A stretch of 64,000 nt of DNA. Source: an uncultured Gammaproteobacteria bacterium (GTDB lineage: Bacteria > Patescibacteriota > Patescibacteriia > CAZSQN01). Below are positions 47,225 to 56,217 of the stretch, in pieces. How positions within the stretch are numbered: position 1 is the stretch's first letter; every line of letters starts with the position of its first letter. The translations under genes and the position numbers were made by a program. Location: the NCBI GenBank assembly GCA_964609095.1, contig CAZSQN010000002.1:152066-216065 (forward strand), written 5' to 3'. The notes under the pieces were generated by a model, which was not told the origin of the DNA, did no database searches, and saw only the letters and a list, made by a program, of their open reading frames with translations.

Positions 47225-48280
47225 TCACCTTCTTGGCAAGAGTCCTTTTGCCGCCAGCAGTTCCGCGTTTAATATTGAACCTCCGGCCGCGCCGCGAATG
47301 GTATTATGAACCAAAAGCGTGAATTTGTAATCCAAAACATTATCCGGCCGCAAACGGCCGATAACCACGCTCATCCCATCGCCCTCATTCCTGTCTTTTC
47401 GCGGCTGAGGCCGGTCATCCTCTTGGCGCAAAACAAGACAATGCTTTGGCGCGCTTGGCAGATTAAGTCCGAAAATAGACGGAACAAATTCAGAAAACGC
47501 GCGGCGCGCTTCTTCTATGGTCGCTTTGCGCTCAAATTCCGCGCTGACGCATTCCGTATGCCCGTCGCGCACGGCCACGCGATTGCAGTGCGCCGATATT
47601 CTAAACTCCGCCGGAATAAATCCTGAAGGCGACAATCCGCCCAAAATTTTTCTTGGCTCCGATTCCACTTTTTCTTCTTCGCCGCCGATATAAGGAATGA
47701 CATTATCCAGAATATCCATAGAGGCCACGCCCGGATAACCGGCGCCGGAAAGCGCCTGCATCGTCGTGACTATAACTTTTGTTATTTTAAAATTATCGTG
47801 CAGCGGCTTTAACGCCATAACCAGACCGGTTGTGGTGCAGTTGGGATTGGTAATGATAAACCCGGACGAGCCGCGGCGCTGCTTTTGCAATTCCAATATC
47901 TCCAAATGCTCCGGATTAACCTCCGGCACAAGCAGAGGCGCATCAACATCCATCCTGTGATTTTTTGAATTTGAAAGCACGGCATATCCGGCTTGCGCGA
48001 ATCTTTCTTCAATCTCTCCGGCAACGGAGGCGTCTAAGGCGGAAAAAAGCGCGTCGCAGGGAAGATTGGAATAAACATCGCTTACGGCCATGCCTTTAAC
48101 TTGCTCCGGCATTGGCTCGTCCAATACCCATTTTGTCGCTTCGGCATAAGATTTTCCGGCCGAGCGTTCAGATGCGGCAAGAGCGGTTAACTCAAACCAA
48201 GGATGATTTGACAATAATTGGACAAACCGCTGTCCGACTGCGCCGGTCGCGCCTAAAATTCCGACACGATACTTTTGCAT
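47225..48280 (-). CDS. asd: aspartate-semialdehyde dehydrogenase
   Basis: VGILGATGAVGQRF Rossmann, active-site Cys context SGAGYPG..CTTT. Confidence 0.85.
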   Translation of the reverse strand: MQKYRVGILGATGAVGQRFVQLLSNHPWFELTALAASERSAGKSYAEATKWVLDEPMPEQVKGMAVSDVYSNLPCDALFSALDASVAGEIEERFAQAGYAVLSNSKNHRMDVDAPLLVPEVNPEHLEILELQKQRRGSSGFIITNPNCTTTGLVMALKPLHDNFKITKVIVTTMQALSGAGYPGVASMDILDNVIPYIGGEEEKVESEPRKILGGLSPSGFIPAEFRISAHCNRVAVRDGHTECVSAEFERKATIEEARRAFSEFVPSIFGLNLPSAPKHCLVLRQEDDRPQPRKDRNEGDGMSVVIGRLRPDNVLDYKFTLLVHNTIRGAAGGSILNAELLAAKGLLPRR

Positions 48281-48286
48281 AAACTA

Positions 48287-48351
48287 AGCTGTTAGCTGTT
48301 AGCTTTTAGCTGTTAGAAGTTTCGTGACCCCTAAAAGCTATAAGCTAAAAG
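48287..48351. repeat. tandem-heptamer hairpin, family B copy 3, occupying the entire hom-asd intercistronic space
   Basis: agctgttagctgttagcttttagctgttag ... ctaaaagctataagctaaaagctaaag; begins 6 nt from asd ATG and ends at the hom stop. Confidence 0.75.
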
Positions 48352-49386
48352 CTAAAGTGCGCCCAGCAGCCGAAGAATGTCTCCCATCATCCCCTGCGCC
48401 GTCACTTCCGCTCCGGCTCCGGGCCCGCGGATAATGAGCGGATGGCGAAAATATCTTTTGGTGCGGATAACGGCCATATTTTCCGGGCCGGAAAGAGTGG
48501 CGAGCGGATCGCCGGAGGCGAGCGGCTCTATGGCGACGCGCGCGCCAAAGGGAGTGGCTGTCACCGCATATCCCAGTTTTTCATTGCGTTTGTATTTATA
48601 ATCCTCTTCCCGCAGATTTTCCAAAAATTCTTTTATCGGCGCTTCTTTAAGCCCATCCGGAACAAGCGATTCGGATTGAACCAGTTCGGAAGGCAGTTCC
48701 GCGCCAAGCGCGCGCGCCAAAATCAGCGCTTTTCTTTTCACATCGGCTCCGGAGAGGTCATCGCGCGGATCCGGCTCGGTATATCCGAGCTTGTGCGCCT
48801 CGCTTACGGCTTCGGAAAAAAGTTTTCCGGAAGAAACTTCGTTCATTATATATGAAAGCGTACCGGAAAGCAGTCCGCGAATATCAATAATCTCATCGCC
48901 GGAAGCGCGCAAACGTTTGATGGTTGAAATAATCGGCAATCCGCCGCCCACCGTCGCCTCATAACGAAAGTTGCGCGTCAAATAAAATTTCTTGCATTCC
49001 TCATACGGACCGGCCAGCGGCTTTTTGTTGGCCGTCACAACCGCCGCGCCGCCGTCAATAATTTTGTTCCAAAATAAACCAGTTTCGCCTGCCGTGGCAT
49101 CAACGATAAGAAGGTTGTTTTGATTAAGCGACAAAACGCTCTTGGCCAATTCTCCCAAATCTTTATTCGGCAAACTTTGCGGATGCGATGATAAACTGCG
49201 TTTTAGAACAATCTTTTGATAATCTTGCAGAGAAGTTTGCTCGTCTAAAATATAATTCTTGCTGTCGGCAATTCCAGCCAATCTGAACTTAATATCCGAA
49301 CCAAGGCCCGAGAGCTGTTTAAGAAAAGAGTTCCCCACGCCGCCAATGCCCAACAAAAATAAACTTGCGCCGTTCATACGGGGCAT
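48352..49386 (-). CDS. hom: homoserine dehydrogenase
   Basis: LLGIGGVGNSFLKQL NAD-binding N-terminus; HDH catalytic-domain texture. Confidence 0.8.
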   Translation of the reverse strand: MPRMNGASLFLLGIGGVGNSFLKQLSGLGSDIKFRLAGIADSKNYILDEQTSLQDYQKIVLKRSLSSHPQSLPNKDLGELAKSVLSLNQNNLLIVDATAGETGLFWNKIIDGGAAVVTANKKPLAGPYEECKKFYLTRNFRYEATVGGGLPIISTIKRLRASGDEIIDIRGLLSGTLSYIMNEVSSGKLFSEAVSEAHKLGYTEPDPRDDLSGADVKRKALILARALGAELPSELVQSESLVPDGLKEAPIKEFLENLREEDYKYKRNEKLGYAVTATPFGARVAIEPLASGDPLATLSGPENMAVIRTKRYFRHPLIIRGPGAGAEVTAQGMMGDILRLLGAL

Positions 49387-50762
49387 ATAAAAGCATTATG
49401 AATGGCTTTTACCGCCGCCTCCGCGTCGCTTGCGGCCACGGCAAAAGATATGTTCAGTTCCGATGAACCTTGGGCAATGGCCAAGATGTTTACTCCGGCA
49501 CCGGCCGCCGCGGAAAACGTTTTGCCGGCAATGCCCGGCGTGCCAGCCATACCCGCGCCAACTACCGACACGATGGACACGTTTTCATCCAAAATCGCTC
49601 CTTCAACCGATTTCATTTTTATTTCATTGGCAAAAGCGCGCTCCAAGGCGGCTTTAAGGCGCAGCCCGTCGGCGCGGTCAACAATCATGCAAATGCTCTG
49701 CTCCGACGACGCTTGAGTAATCATAATGATATTAGCCCGCTCGCGGGAAGCAACTTCAAAAACGGCTGCCGCAAAGCCGACGCGGCCGCGAAGCCCCAAA
49801 CCGGAAACGGTTATCAAAGATACTTTTGAAATGGCCGTGACTACTTTCACGCCTTTTCCGTTGCCGTAAGCGTTTTTGCTGATTCTCGTGCCCGATGAAT
49901 TGGGGCGAAAAGTATTTTTAATGATAATGGGAATGCCCGCGCCAAAGGCCGGAAGCATTGTTTTGGGATGGATTACTTTCGCGCCAAAATAACTCATTTC
50001 AATCGCTTCGGCGTAACTTACTTCCGATAAAATCTTCGCGTTTGGCACAATCTTTGGGTCAGCGGAAAGAATCCCGTCAACATCGGTCCAAATCTGGATT
50101 TCTTCCGCTCCAAGCGCGGCTCCGAGGATGGCGGCGGTATAATCGCTTCCGCCGCGGCCAAGCGTGGTGGTGGCGCCGTCATGGCTTCTGGCGATAAAAC
50201 CGGTAACTACGGGTATGATATTAGCCCGAAGCAGCGGCAAAATAAGGGCTCGCAGCCGTTCGTTTGTTTTTGTAAAATCCACTTCTGCCGATGTGTACGA
50301 ATCATCAGTAATAATGCCGTCGCGCGAGTCAATAGCCGCGGCGGAAACGCCGACGGAAGATACATAAGCGGCAAGAATGGGGGCGGCCATCCGCTCGCCG
50401 CATGAAGCGATTAAATCCAGCGAACGCGCCGTTAGCTCGCGCAAAAGAATCAGTCCGGAGAGCACCTGCTTTAATTCCAAAAAAATCGCGTCCAGCTCCG
50501 CTATTACTTTTTCTCTTGCTTCAAAAGAAGCCGGGACGGCCTCATAATGCTTTTTCTTCAAAGCGTCAAAACGAGACGCTGCCTCGCCGGAGGAACCGGA
50601 GGCGGCCAAACGGGCAAGTTTCAAAAGCTCGTCAGTCGCTCCGCTCATGGCGGAAGTGACGACAATCGGATGTTTCTCCCGTTTGGCAAAAACAATATCT
50701 GCCGCCTGCCTCATGGCTTCCAATGTTCCAACCGAAGTGCCTCCAAATTTCATGACTATCAT
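49374..50762 (-). CDS. lysC: aspartate kinase
   Basis: MIVMKFGGTSVG kinase N-terminus; C-terminal ACT-like region; first ATG at 50762 (tool start at 50777 is TTG). Confidence 0.8.
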   Translation of the reverse strand: MIVMKFGGTSVGTLEAMRQAADIVFAKREKHPIVVTSAMSGATDELLKLARLAASGSSGEAASRFDALKKKHYEAVPASFEAREKVIAELDAIFLELKQVLSGLILLRELTARSLDLIASCGERMAAPILAAYVSSVGVSAAAIDSRDGIITDDSYTSAEVDFTKTNERLRALILPLLRANIIPVVTGFIARSHDGATTTLGRGGSDYTAAILGAALGAEEIQIWTDVDGILSADPKIVPNAKILSEVSYAEAIEMSYFGAKVIHPKTMLPAFGAGIPIIIKNTFRPNSSGTRISKNAYGNGKGVKVVTAISKVSLITVSGLGLRGRVGFAAAVFEVASRERANIIMITQASSEQSICMIVDRADGLRLKAALERAFANEIKMKSVEGAILDENVSIVSVVGAGMAGTPGIAGKTFSAAAGAGVNILAIAQGSSELNISFAVAASDAEAAVKAIHNAFICPV

Positions 50763-50872
50763 AAAACGAAGAACCAACGGCTATGAGGCCGTTGGTTTTG
50801 TTTTTAATTCCAACCTGCCTCACTCTAAAGAGAGGTAGCTGTCGTGGTAGTGATTAAAACAAACATTTCCAT
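50763..50872 (-). promoter_or_regulatory. threonine-operon leader peptide and transcription attenuator
   Basis: 15-aa ORF MEMFVLITTTTATSL (50825..50872, minus) with ACT ACC ACG ACA in a row. Downstream hairpin aaccaacggc/gccgttggtt (50772-50797) followed by UUUU 10 nt before the ask ATG. Segment gagtgaggcaggttgg (50808-50823) is complementary to ccaacggcctca of the hairpin (antiterminator). Confidence 0.6.
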
Positions 50873-50922
50873 AAATTTATGGTATCCCAACGGATAAAGA
50901 CAGTCAAAAATAAAATGTGGAT

Positions 50923-50951
50923 AATAAAAAAACCCCGCCAATCCAACGGGG
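50923..50951 (-). terminator. intrinsic terminator of sigma-factor gene (ggcaaaccccgttggattggcggggttttttt on minus strand)
   Basis: GC stem plus 7-U tract immediately after the stop at 50960. Confidence 0.7.
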
Positions 50952-50959
50952 TTTGCCAA

Positions 50960-51973
50960 TTACGGAGCAACAAGAGCATTCTTTAACTTTTGGAGCGCGC
51001 CTGCTTCAATTTGGCGAATGCGCTCGCGAGAAAGCGGCTCTGTACGCCCTTCCTGAACGGAAGCGACAAAACCGCGTTGTCCGATTTCCTGCAAAGTCAG
51101 CCCGCCATTAAACCTTAGCTCCAGCACGGCGCGTTCCCTGTCGCTAAGCACGCGTTCCATAGCCAATCGCAACCGGACAATATCTTCCTTTTTGCCGATT
51201 TCATCATCGGGAGATGATTCTTCCGGAGCAACGAGGAAATCAAGATACTCATCATTATGAGCGGGAGCAGAGTCGCTTTCCCTAACTTTACGGTTTAAAG
51301 ACATAACGGAAACTTGATTTTTCTGCGCATTTTCAATATCAGTTGGCTTGCAATCGGCCAGTTGGGCCAATTCAGCAACGGTCGGATTTCGCCCGTGTTT
51401 TGCGTAAAACCTATTAACAAGACGCCTGAGAGTTATCTGCCTCTCCACCATATGAATCGGCGTGCGCACCGTCGGACCCAAATCGTGCGAGGCCCGCGAA
51501 ATATAATGTCTGATCCACCAGGAGGCGTAGGTTGAAAAACGCAATTTTCTTTTTGGGTCAAAACGCAGTATGGCCTGAAAGAGCCCCTCAATGCCAAAAC
51601 CAACCTGGTCGGCCTTAGTTACGGCGCCGAAACTGCTAAAGCGATTGGCGATGGAGATGACCAGACGGATGTTCCTCACCACCATCGCGTCAAAAGCCCG
51701 GCGGGCTTTGCCGCTGAATTTACGAAGTAATTCGCGCTTATCAATCTCCTGCCAAAGTATGGGGCGGCTTGGAGAAATCCTTAGAATCCGGCGAATCTCG
51801 CGGTCAATAATTCCGGCATAGGCCAGCTCCTCATCCGGAGTCGGCACCGCGCGCGCCTGGATTTCTTTTAAGAAAGCCGGGCTTAAATCCGCTCCGAATC
51901 CGGCGTTGGCAAAACCGCTAAAATTATTGCGTCTTCCGGTTCTGGGCTTTTGCGCAAATTTCTTTTTTCCCAT
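50960..51973 (-). CDS. RNA polymerase sigma factor, RpoD-family (short primary-like sigma)
   Basis: Region 2 TYASWWIRHYISRA and RpoD-box-like VRTPIHMVE; region 4 HTH LTLQEIGQ. Confidence 0.8.
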   Translation of the reverse strand: MGKKKFAQKPRTGRRNNFSGFANAGFGADLSPAFLKEIQARAVPTPDEELAYAGIIDREIRRILRISPSRPILWQEIDKRELLRKFSGKARRAFDAMVVRNIRLVISIANRFSSFGAVTKADQVGFGIEGLFQAILRFDPKRKLRFSTYASWWIRHYISRASHDLGPTVRTPIHMVERQITLRRLVNRFYAKHGRNPTVAELAQLADCKPTDIENAQKNQVSVMSLNRKVRESDSAPAHNDEYLDFLVAPEESSPDDEIGKKEDIVRLRLAMERVLSDRERAVLELRFNGGLTLQEIGQRGFVASVQEGRTEPLSRERIRQIEAGALQKLKNALVAP

Positions 51974-52108
51974 TATTTGCTCCTCTCCTCTTGTAAAAGA
52001 CCTTCACGGCACCTTAACAAAAAAGGATATCGGCGTCAAGGCGCATCTCTTGCCGAAAAGCAAACTTTATGATAAAAAAATAACGGCCCTTTACAACGAG
52101 GTGAAAAA

Positions 52109-53152
52109 ATGGCGATGGAAACAAGCAATGATTCTCGGATAAAGATCGCGCTGGTTACGGGCGCTTGCGGATTTATGGGTCCGCATATGGTTGATATTCT
52201 CCGCGAACATGGCTGGTTCGTTATTGCCACCGACATTGTCGCCCCGACCGGCTACAAGCCGCCTTGGCACAAGTTCCATCTTGCCGATCTGGCTAACCAA
52301 GAAGAAGTTCTGGAACTTGCCAGTTTCATCAAAAAGCAGAGCGCGTTCCTTAATGCCGTCTTTGATGTCAAAGGATTATTTGATTATTCCAGTCCGATTG
52401 AAGCTCTGCGCCGGGCAAACGTGCGGGGGTCGCAAAACCTCTACGATATGCTCGCGGAATTTTTCCCAGGCACCAAAGTCGTGCTCTGGAGCGCGGCCGG
52501 AATCTATGGGGACTTTCCCCAAGTACCGGCGCGCGAAGACGCGCCGAAAAATCCAAAGGCCGCCTATCTTGTCTCCAAGCTGGAGCAGGAAGAAATGGCT
52601 TTTGCCGACTACAAGAACGACCTCTGCGTGAGCTCGCTTCGCCCGGCCGGAGTCTACGGACCCCGGGCTCGCTATGGCGTAGCCATGTCCATTATGCTCG
52701 CAAGTCGCGGCATGATGGGTCCGGTTTTCATGGGCTCGGGCAAAAACAGGGTGAGCATGGTGCACGGACGCGATGTCTGCAACGCGGCACTCTTCCTCGC
52801 CAACCAACCCTGGCCGGCTGTGCATTGCCAGCCATTCAACGTGGGCGACAACTCTGCTTATACGATTGAAGAGCTTTCGCGATTCATCGCCCGGGAAGTC
52901 GGTTTCCCCTTTGCTCCCTGGCTTCGCCTGCCCTTCTCTGTGATGGTCAAGACAACCCAGGGGCAAATGAAACAGGCGGAAAAGAAGAAATTAGTTTCCC
53001 TTCTGAACGAAGAAATGCTTGATCTCCTGAAGCTGGAAGCGTTCCTGGATCTCTCCAAAATCCGCGCTCTTGGCTGGACCCCGGAATTTCCGGATTCATT
53101 CCAAGGACTTCGCAAAACCATCCAAGCGTACCGTGAGGAGGGCTGGCTATGA
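52109..53152 (+). CDS. NAD-dependent epimerase/dehydratase family SDR
   Basis: ALVTGACGFMGPHMV glycine-rich Rossmann; GC-rich codon usage. Confidence 0.7.
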   Translation: MAMETSNDSRIKIALVTGACGFMGPHMVDILREHGWFVIATDIVAPTGYKPPWHKFHLADLANQEEVLELASFIKKQSAFLNAVFDVKGLFDYSSPIEALRRANVRGSQNLYDMLAEFFPGTKVVLWSAAGIYGDFPQVPAREDAPKNPKAAYLVSKLEQEEMAFADYKNDLCVSSLRPAGVYGPRARYGVAMSIMLASRGMMGPVFMGSGKNRVSMVHGRDVCNAALFLANQPWPAVHCQPFNVGDNSAYTIEELSRFIAREVGFPFAPWLRLPFSVMVKTTQGQMKQAEKKKLVSLLNEEMLDLLKLEAFLDLSKIRALGWTPEFPDSFQGLRKTIQAYREEGWL

Positions 53153-53655
53153 TTGCTCTAACGATTGCCTTTTTCTTTTTCGCTCTGCTTTGCGGGTTGG
53201 CTATGCGCCAAGAACCGCAAAAAGGCACGGTCTTGAACACGCTGGTCTTCGACCCTCTGATTCTGATTGTTTCCGGACTTGCCCTGGTTTTTGCGCTACT
53301 GCGGATTGCTCCGGCTAAAAATGGCCCCGCATTCAGAAAGAGACGGACGGTCATCAGAATCGTCTGCCTTGGCTTCATGGTCGCCTTCTGGACCGGCGCG
53401 GCCATGTACTATTTCGGAGTTTTGGAAAGTCCCTACCACACTCCGGGCAATGACTTTGCCTGGAACGGTTACCTGGATCTTCTGGGCCTCAAGGTCATGG
53501 ATACGGATACGCCCACCTATTACTCGTGGTGGAAGAACATCATCGCCCTGCTCCTTTTCGCAGTTCAGCCCGCTTTCTTTTGGCTTGGCTACCGCCTTGG
53601 TTTCACCATTGGCGGATTCCGGGACTTCTCGCTTTGGACTCGCCCGAAGAGATAA
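53149..53655 (+). CDS. hypothetical integral membrane protein
   Basis: 4-5 hydrophobic helices, ATGA-coupled to upstream SDR gene; last 14 codons lie inside direct repeat DR1. Confidence 0.45.
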   Translation: MIALTIAFFFFALLCGLAMRQEPQKGTVLNTLVFDPLILIVSGLALVFALLRIAPAKNGPAFRKRRTVIRIVCLGFMVAFWTGAAMYYFGVLESPYHTPGNDFAWNGYLDLLGLKVMDTDTPTYYSWWKNIIALLLFAVQPAFFWLGYRLGFTIGGFRDFSLWTRPKR

Positions 53656-53745
53656 AAATGAAAACCCCTCCGATGGACATCGGAGGGGTATTTTGTTGGC
53701 GGGATTTATTCTTGGATGTAGCGCTCTCTCCAAGCGGACACATCT
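53612..53745. repeat. 134-bp direct repeat DR1 (identical copy at 56084-56217)
   Basis: Verified by eye over its full length. Contains the bidirectional terminator cccctccgatggacatcggagggg plus the 3' ends of both flanking convergent genes. Confidence 0.85.
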
Positions 53746-53783
53746 TGATATTATCGTTAAGTAATAGTACAATAGCATAAAAT

Positions 53784-54383
53784 ATGCAACAAATATTAAT
53801 CGCAACAAAAAACCCGCATAAACAGAAAAAACTATCAGAGATAGTAAACGATTTTTTTATTCCCGAAATAAAAAATAATTTACAAAGCATCGAGGAAAGG
53901 GGTGATAATTTTTTAGAAATTGCGGAGAACAAGGCCATGGAATATTCCAAAATATATAATTGTTTAGCAATAGCAACGGATGGCGGAGCGGTAATACCCG
54001 CGCTCAAAGGCAAATGGGATCCAATAAAAACAAGAAGATTTGCGGAAACTGACAGAAAAAGGATAGAACAGCTTTTAAGAATGATGGGGGGAGTAAAAAA
54101 TAGAACGGAAGAATGGTATGAAGCAATGGCGGTAGCAGATAAAGGAAAGATGATATTTTCTGCGAAAGCGAGAGCGATGGACAGCGTAATCGACAAAACA
54201 TTTAACCCAAAATTTTATCAGGAAGGCATTTGGCTGTGTTCTATAACTTCTTTTCCTCAATTTGGCGGCAGAAATTTTTTTGAATTAACCGACAAAGAAA
54301 AAACGGCGACGGAAGATTCGTGGAATAAATTAAAAAAATCATTCGCAGAATTCATGCAAAAAAAAACACCGTCCAATAGATGA
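53784..54383 (+). CDS. Ham1/RdgB-family non-canonical NTP pyrophosphatase-like protein (divergent)
   Basis: ILIATKNPHK vs ATGNxGK, AIATDGGA vs ADDSGL, FELTDKEK vs FAELSPEEK of ITPase. The GFGYDP loop is not conserved, so activity is uncertain. Confidence 0.55.
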   Translation: MQQILIATKNPHKQKKLSEIVNDFFIPEIKNNLQSIEERGDNFLEIAENKAMEYSKIYNCLAIATDGGAVIPALKGKWDPIKTRRFAETDRKRIEQLLRMMGGVKNRTEEWYEAMAVADKGKMIFSAKARAMDSVIDKTFNPKFYQEGIWLCSITSFPQFGGRNFFELTDKEKTATEDSWNKLKKSFAEFMQKKTPSNR

Positions 54384-54393
54384 TGCTTTTGCA

Positions 54394-55929
54394 CTAATCT
54401 TTAAAATAAATTACGCCATCCTTCAGTTCCGGCAAAGGTTCAAGCGTGCTTTTTCTGATTATAACATCAAAAACATCCATAGCCGGCAACAGTTCAAATG
54501 TTGGATGCGTGCTTTTGACCTCGCCGCTATATCCGGATTTTTCCAAACTTCTTTTTGTCGTGGCTTGCCAAACCACGCGATTGTCTATTTTAATCGGCGT
54601 AAAGTAATGTCGCAATTCTTTAAGACAAAGAACTTTATCCAATCCTCCAGCTATCGTAGTGGCTTTGGTTTTTGAATAAGTCGGCATCGTCCGCGTAAAA
54701 AGCGCTTCCATGCCCTTCTGTCTGTAATATCTCCTGACCAATGCGTCCATCATCGAAACAGAATTTAGCGGCGAACCAGGGAGATTATACATCCGCGTCA
54801 GTTCAACGGCTTTGTCGGGGTTTATTCCATGAGCCAACAATGCTTTTCTTTTATATATTCTGGCAAGTTTGCCGAATTCAGCGGTTTCTATGGCCCAAGG
54901 ATATTTATCGCCCTTAAAATAAAAAGCAAAAATATCGCCGGAATCCCTGCCCTGATGAATATAGTGCAATGTCTCAGTGAAAAGCTTGATGGTTTTATCA
55001 GATGTATCAGCGACTTTGAATTCAACCTCAAATTTTCTGCCATCGCCCACAGCATATAACTGCCCTTTTTCTCTTACGAGTTTTAACCTGTATGCGACAT
55101 TCAGGTCCGGATAAAATTTTTTCAACCCGCGAAAAAGATATGATAACTCATCATGGGACATTGCTCTTAGTAATCTGTCTCGAACTATGGCGTACTGATC
55201 TTCCACTGCGCTGACGATGTCTGACGAGGTTATCTTACCAGGACTAATAGTTGTAAGGTAAAATAATGCCTGATGCTCCAAATCTTGGGAGTCAAAAGGA
55301 ATATCAGACGATATCATTTTCTTATCCACTAAATCAGCGACTTCGGCTCGCAACTTATTTATCAGCCAATGTGAGTGCCAAAGAGCATCAGTATCAATTT
55401 TTACTACCCGCAGATTTAGTCGCCGTTGCTCATCAAGCAAAGACGTTTTATTTTGGACATTATTGATTATGTTGATTAGAACCTCAACCGATTTCTCTAA
55501 TGATGAATCCTTGATGAGGATGAATGGCGCCGATAGTCGCCTAGCCAGATCAATCGCGCGTCTTTTAGATTTCAACTGCTCGTCCATCACAACGCTCTCA
55601 TCTAAGCATCTTTGGCGATTCTTATCCTGCCTGCGTCTTTTTATTATTTCTTCCGCCGATTCTTCCAAAAAACATATTGCCACGGTATCTTCTTCTTTGT
55701 AGATATCAAACAAGTCATTTGTGCCGATCTCTAAATGCTCGTCAATGAGCACCAATTTATCATTTAATGGCGTCAAATCTTCCGACCATTTTATATTTGC
55801 TTCATCTCCATATTGATCAAGATATTGGCCAAAACTCATGTGCCTAATTTCAGGCATCAGGGAAATGACCTTTTCGATCAAGGTTGTTTTTCCTATACCA
55901 GAAATGCCCACTATTTTGATCGTTTGCAC
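54394..55929 (-). CDS. P-loop NTPase / nucleotide-kinase-like domain fused to about 350-aa uncharacterised C-terminal domain
   Basis: Walker A GISGIGKTTL, Walker-B-like LVLIDEH, Arg-rich lid KRRRQDKNRQR within the first 160 aa; remainder has no motif I can place. Confidence 0.55.
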   Translation of the reverse strand: MQTIKIVGISGIGKTTLIEKVISLMPEIRHMSFGQYLDQYGDEANIKWSEDLTPLNDKLVLIDEHLEIGTNDLFDIYKEEDTVAICFLEESAEEIIKRRRQDKNRQRCLDESVVMDEQLKSKRRAIDLARRLSAPFILIKDSSLEKSVEVLINIINNVQNKTSLLDEQRRLNLRVVKIDTDALWHSHWLINKLRAEVADLVDKKMISSDIPFDSQDLEHQALFYLTTISPGKITSSDIVSAVEDQYAIVRDRLLRAMSHDELSYLFRGLKKFYPDLNVAYRLKLVREKGQLYAVGDGRKFEVEFKVADTSDKTIKLFTETLHYIHQGRDSGDIFAFYFKGDKYPWAIETAEFGKLARIYKRKALLAHGINPDKAVELTRMYNLPGSPLNSVSMMDALVRRYYRQKGMEALFTRTMPTYSKTKATTIAGGLDKVLCLKELRHYFTPIKIDNRVVWQATTKRSLEKSGYSGEVKSTHPTFELLPAMDVFDVIIRKSTLEPLPELKDGVIYFKD

Positions 55930-56083
55930 GATGTTTCTCCTTTGTTATGTTTTTAACGAACTGCTTCTGCTCTCGATTTATCATGATTTCACCTTGCTGT
56001 CAATATTTCTAAATGTTTCCACATATTGCGCCGGAGATATTTTAGTTCAAAGAAGTACGCATGACGAATAAAATGCAGTTTTA

Positions 56084-56217
56084 GCGGATTCCGGGACTTC
56101 TCGCTTTGGACTCGCCCGAAGAGATAAAAATGAAAACCCCTCCGATGGACATCGGAGGGGTATTTTGTTGGCGGGATTTATTCTTGGATGTAGCGCTCTC
56201 TCCAAGCGGACACATCT
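56084..56217. repeat. 134-bp direct repeat DR2
   Basis: Identical to DR1; overlaps the last 13 codons and stop of the metzincin gene at 56178. Confidence 0.85.

Larger units (their letters stand above)
53746..56083. mobile_element. 2.3-kb AT-rich insertion (two cargo genes) bracketed by the 134-bp direct repeats; no recombinase
   Basis: Sharp composition drop relative to flanks. Duplication of the 134-bp target region. Flanking genes would be contiguous and convergent on one shared terminator if the insert were removed. Confidence 0.6.

Noticed and set aside
52376-52966. 196-aa minus-strand ORF (also 53296..53808 and 53603..54196 minus)
   Set aside because: Antisense to the SDR epimerase, membrane protein and Ham1-like genes. 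The 53296..53808 and 56047..56274 translations resemble each other only because both read through the 134-bp direct repeat.
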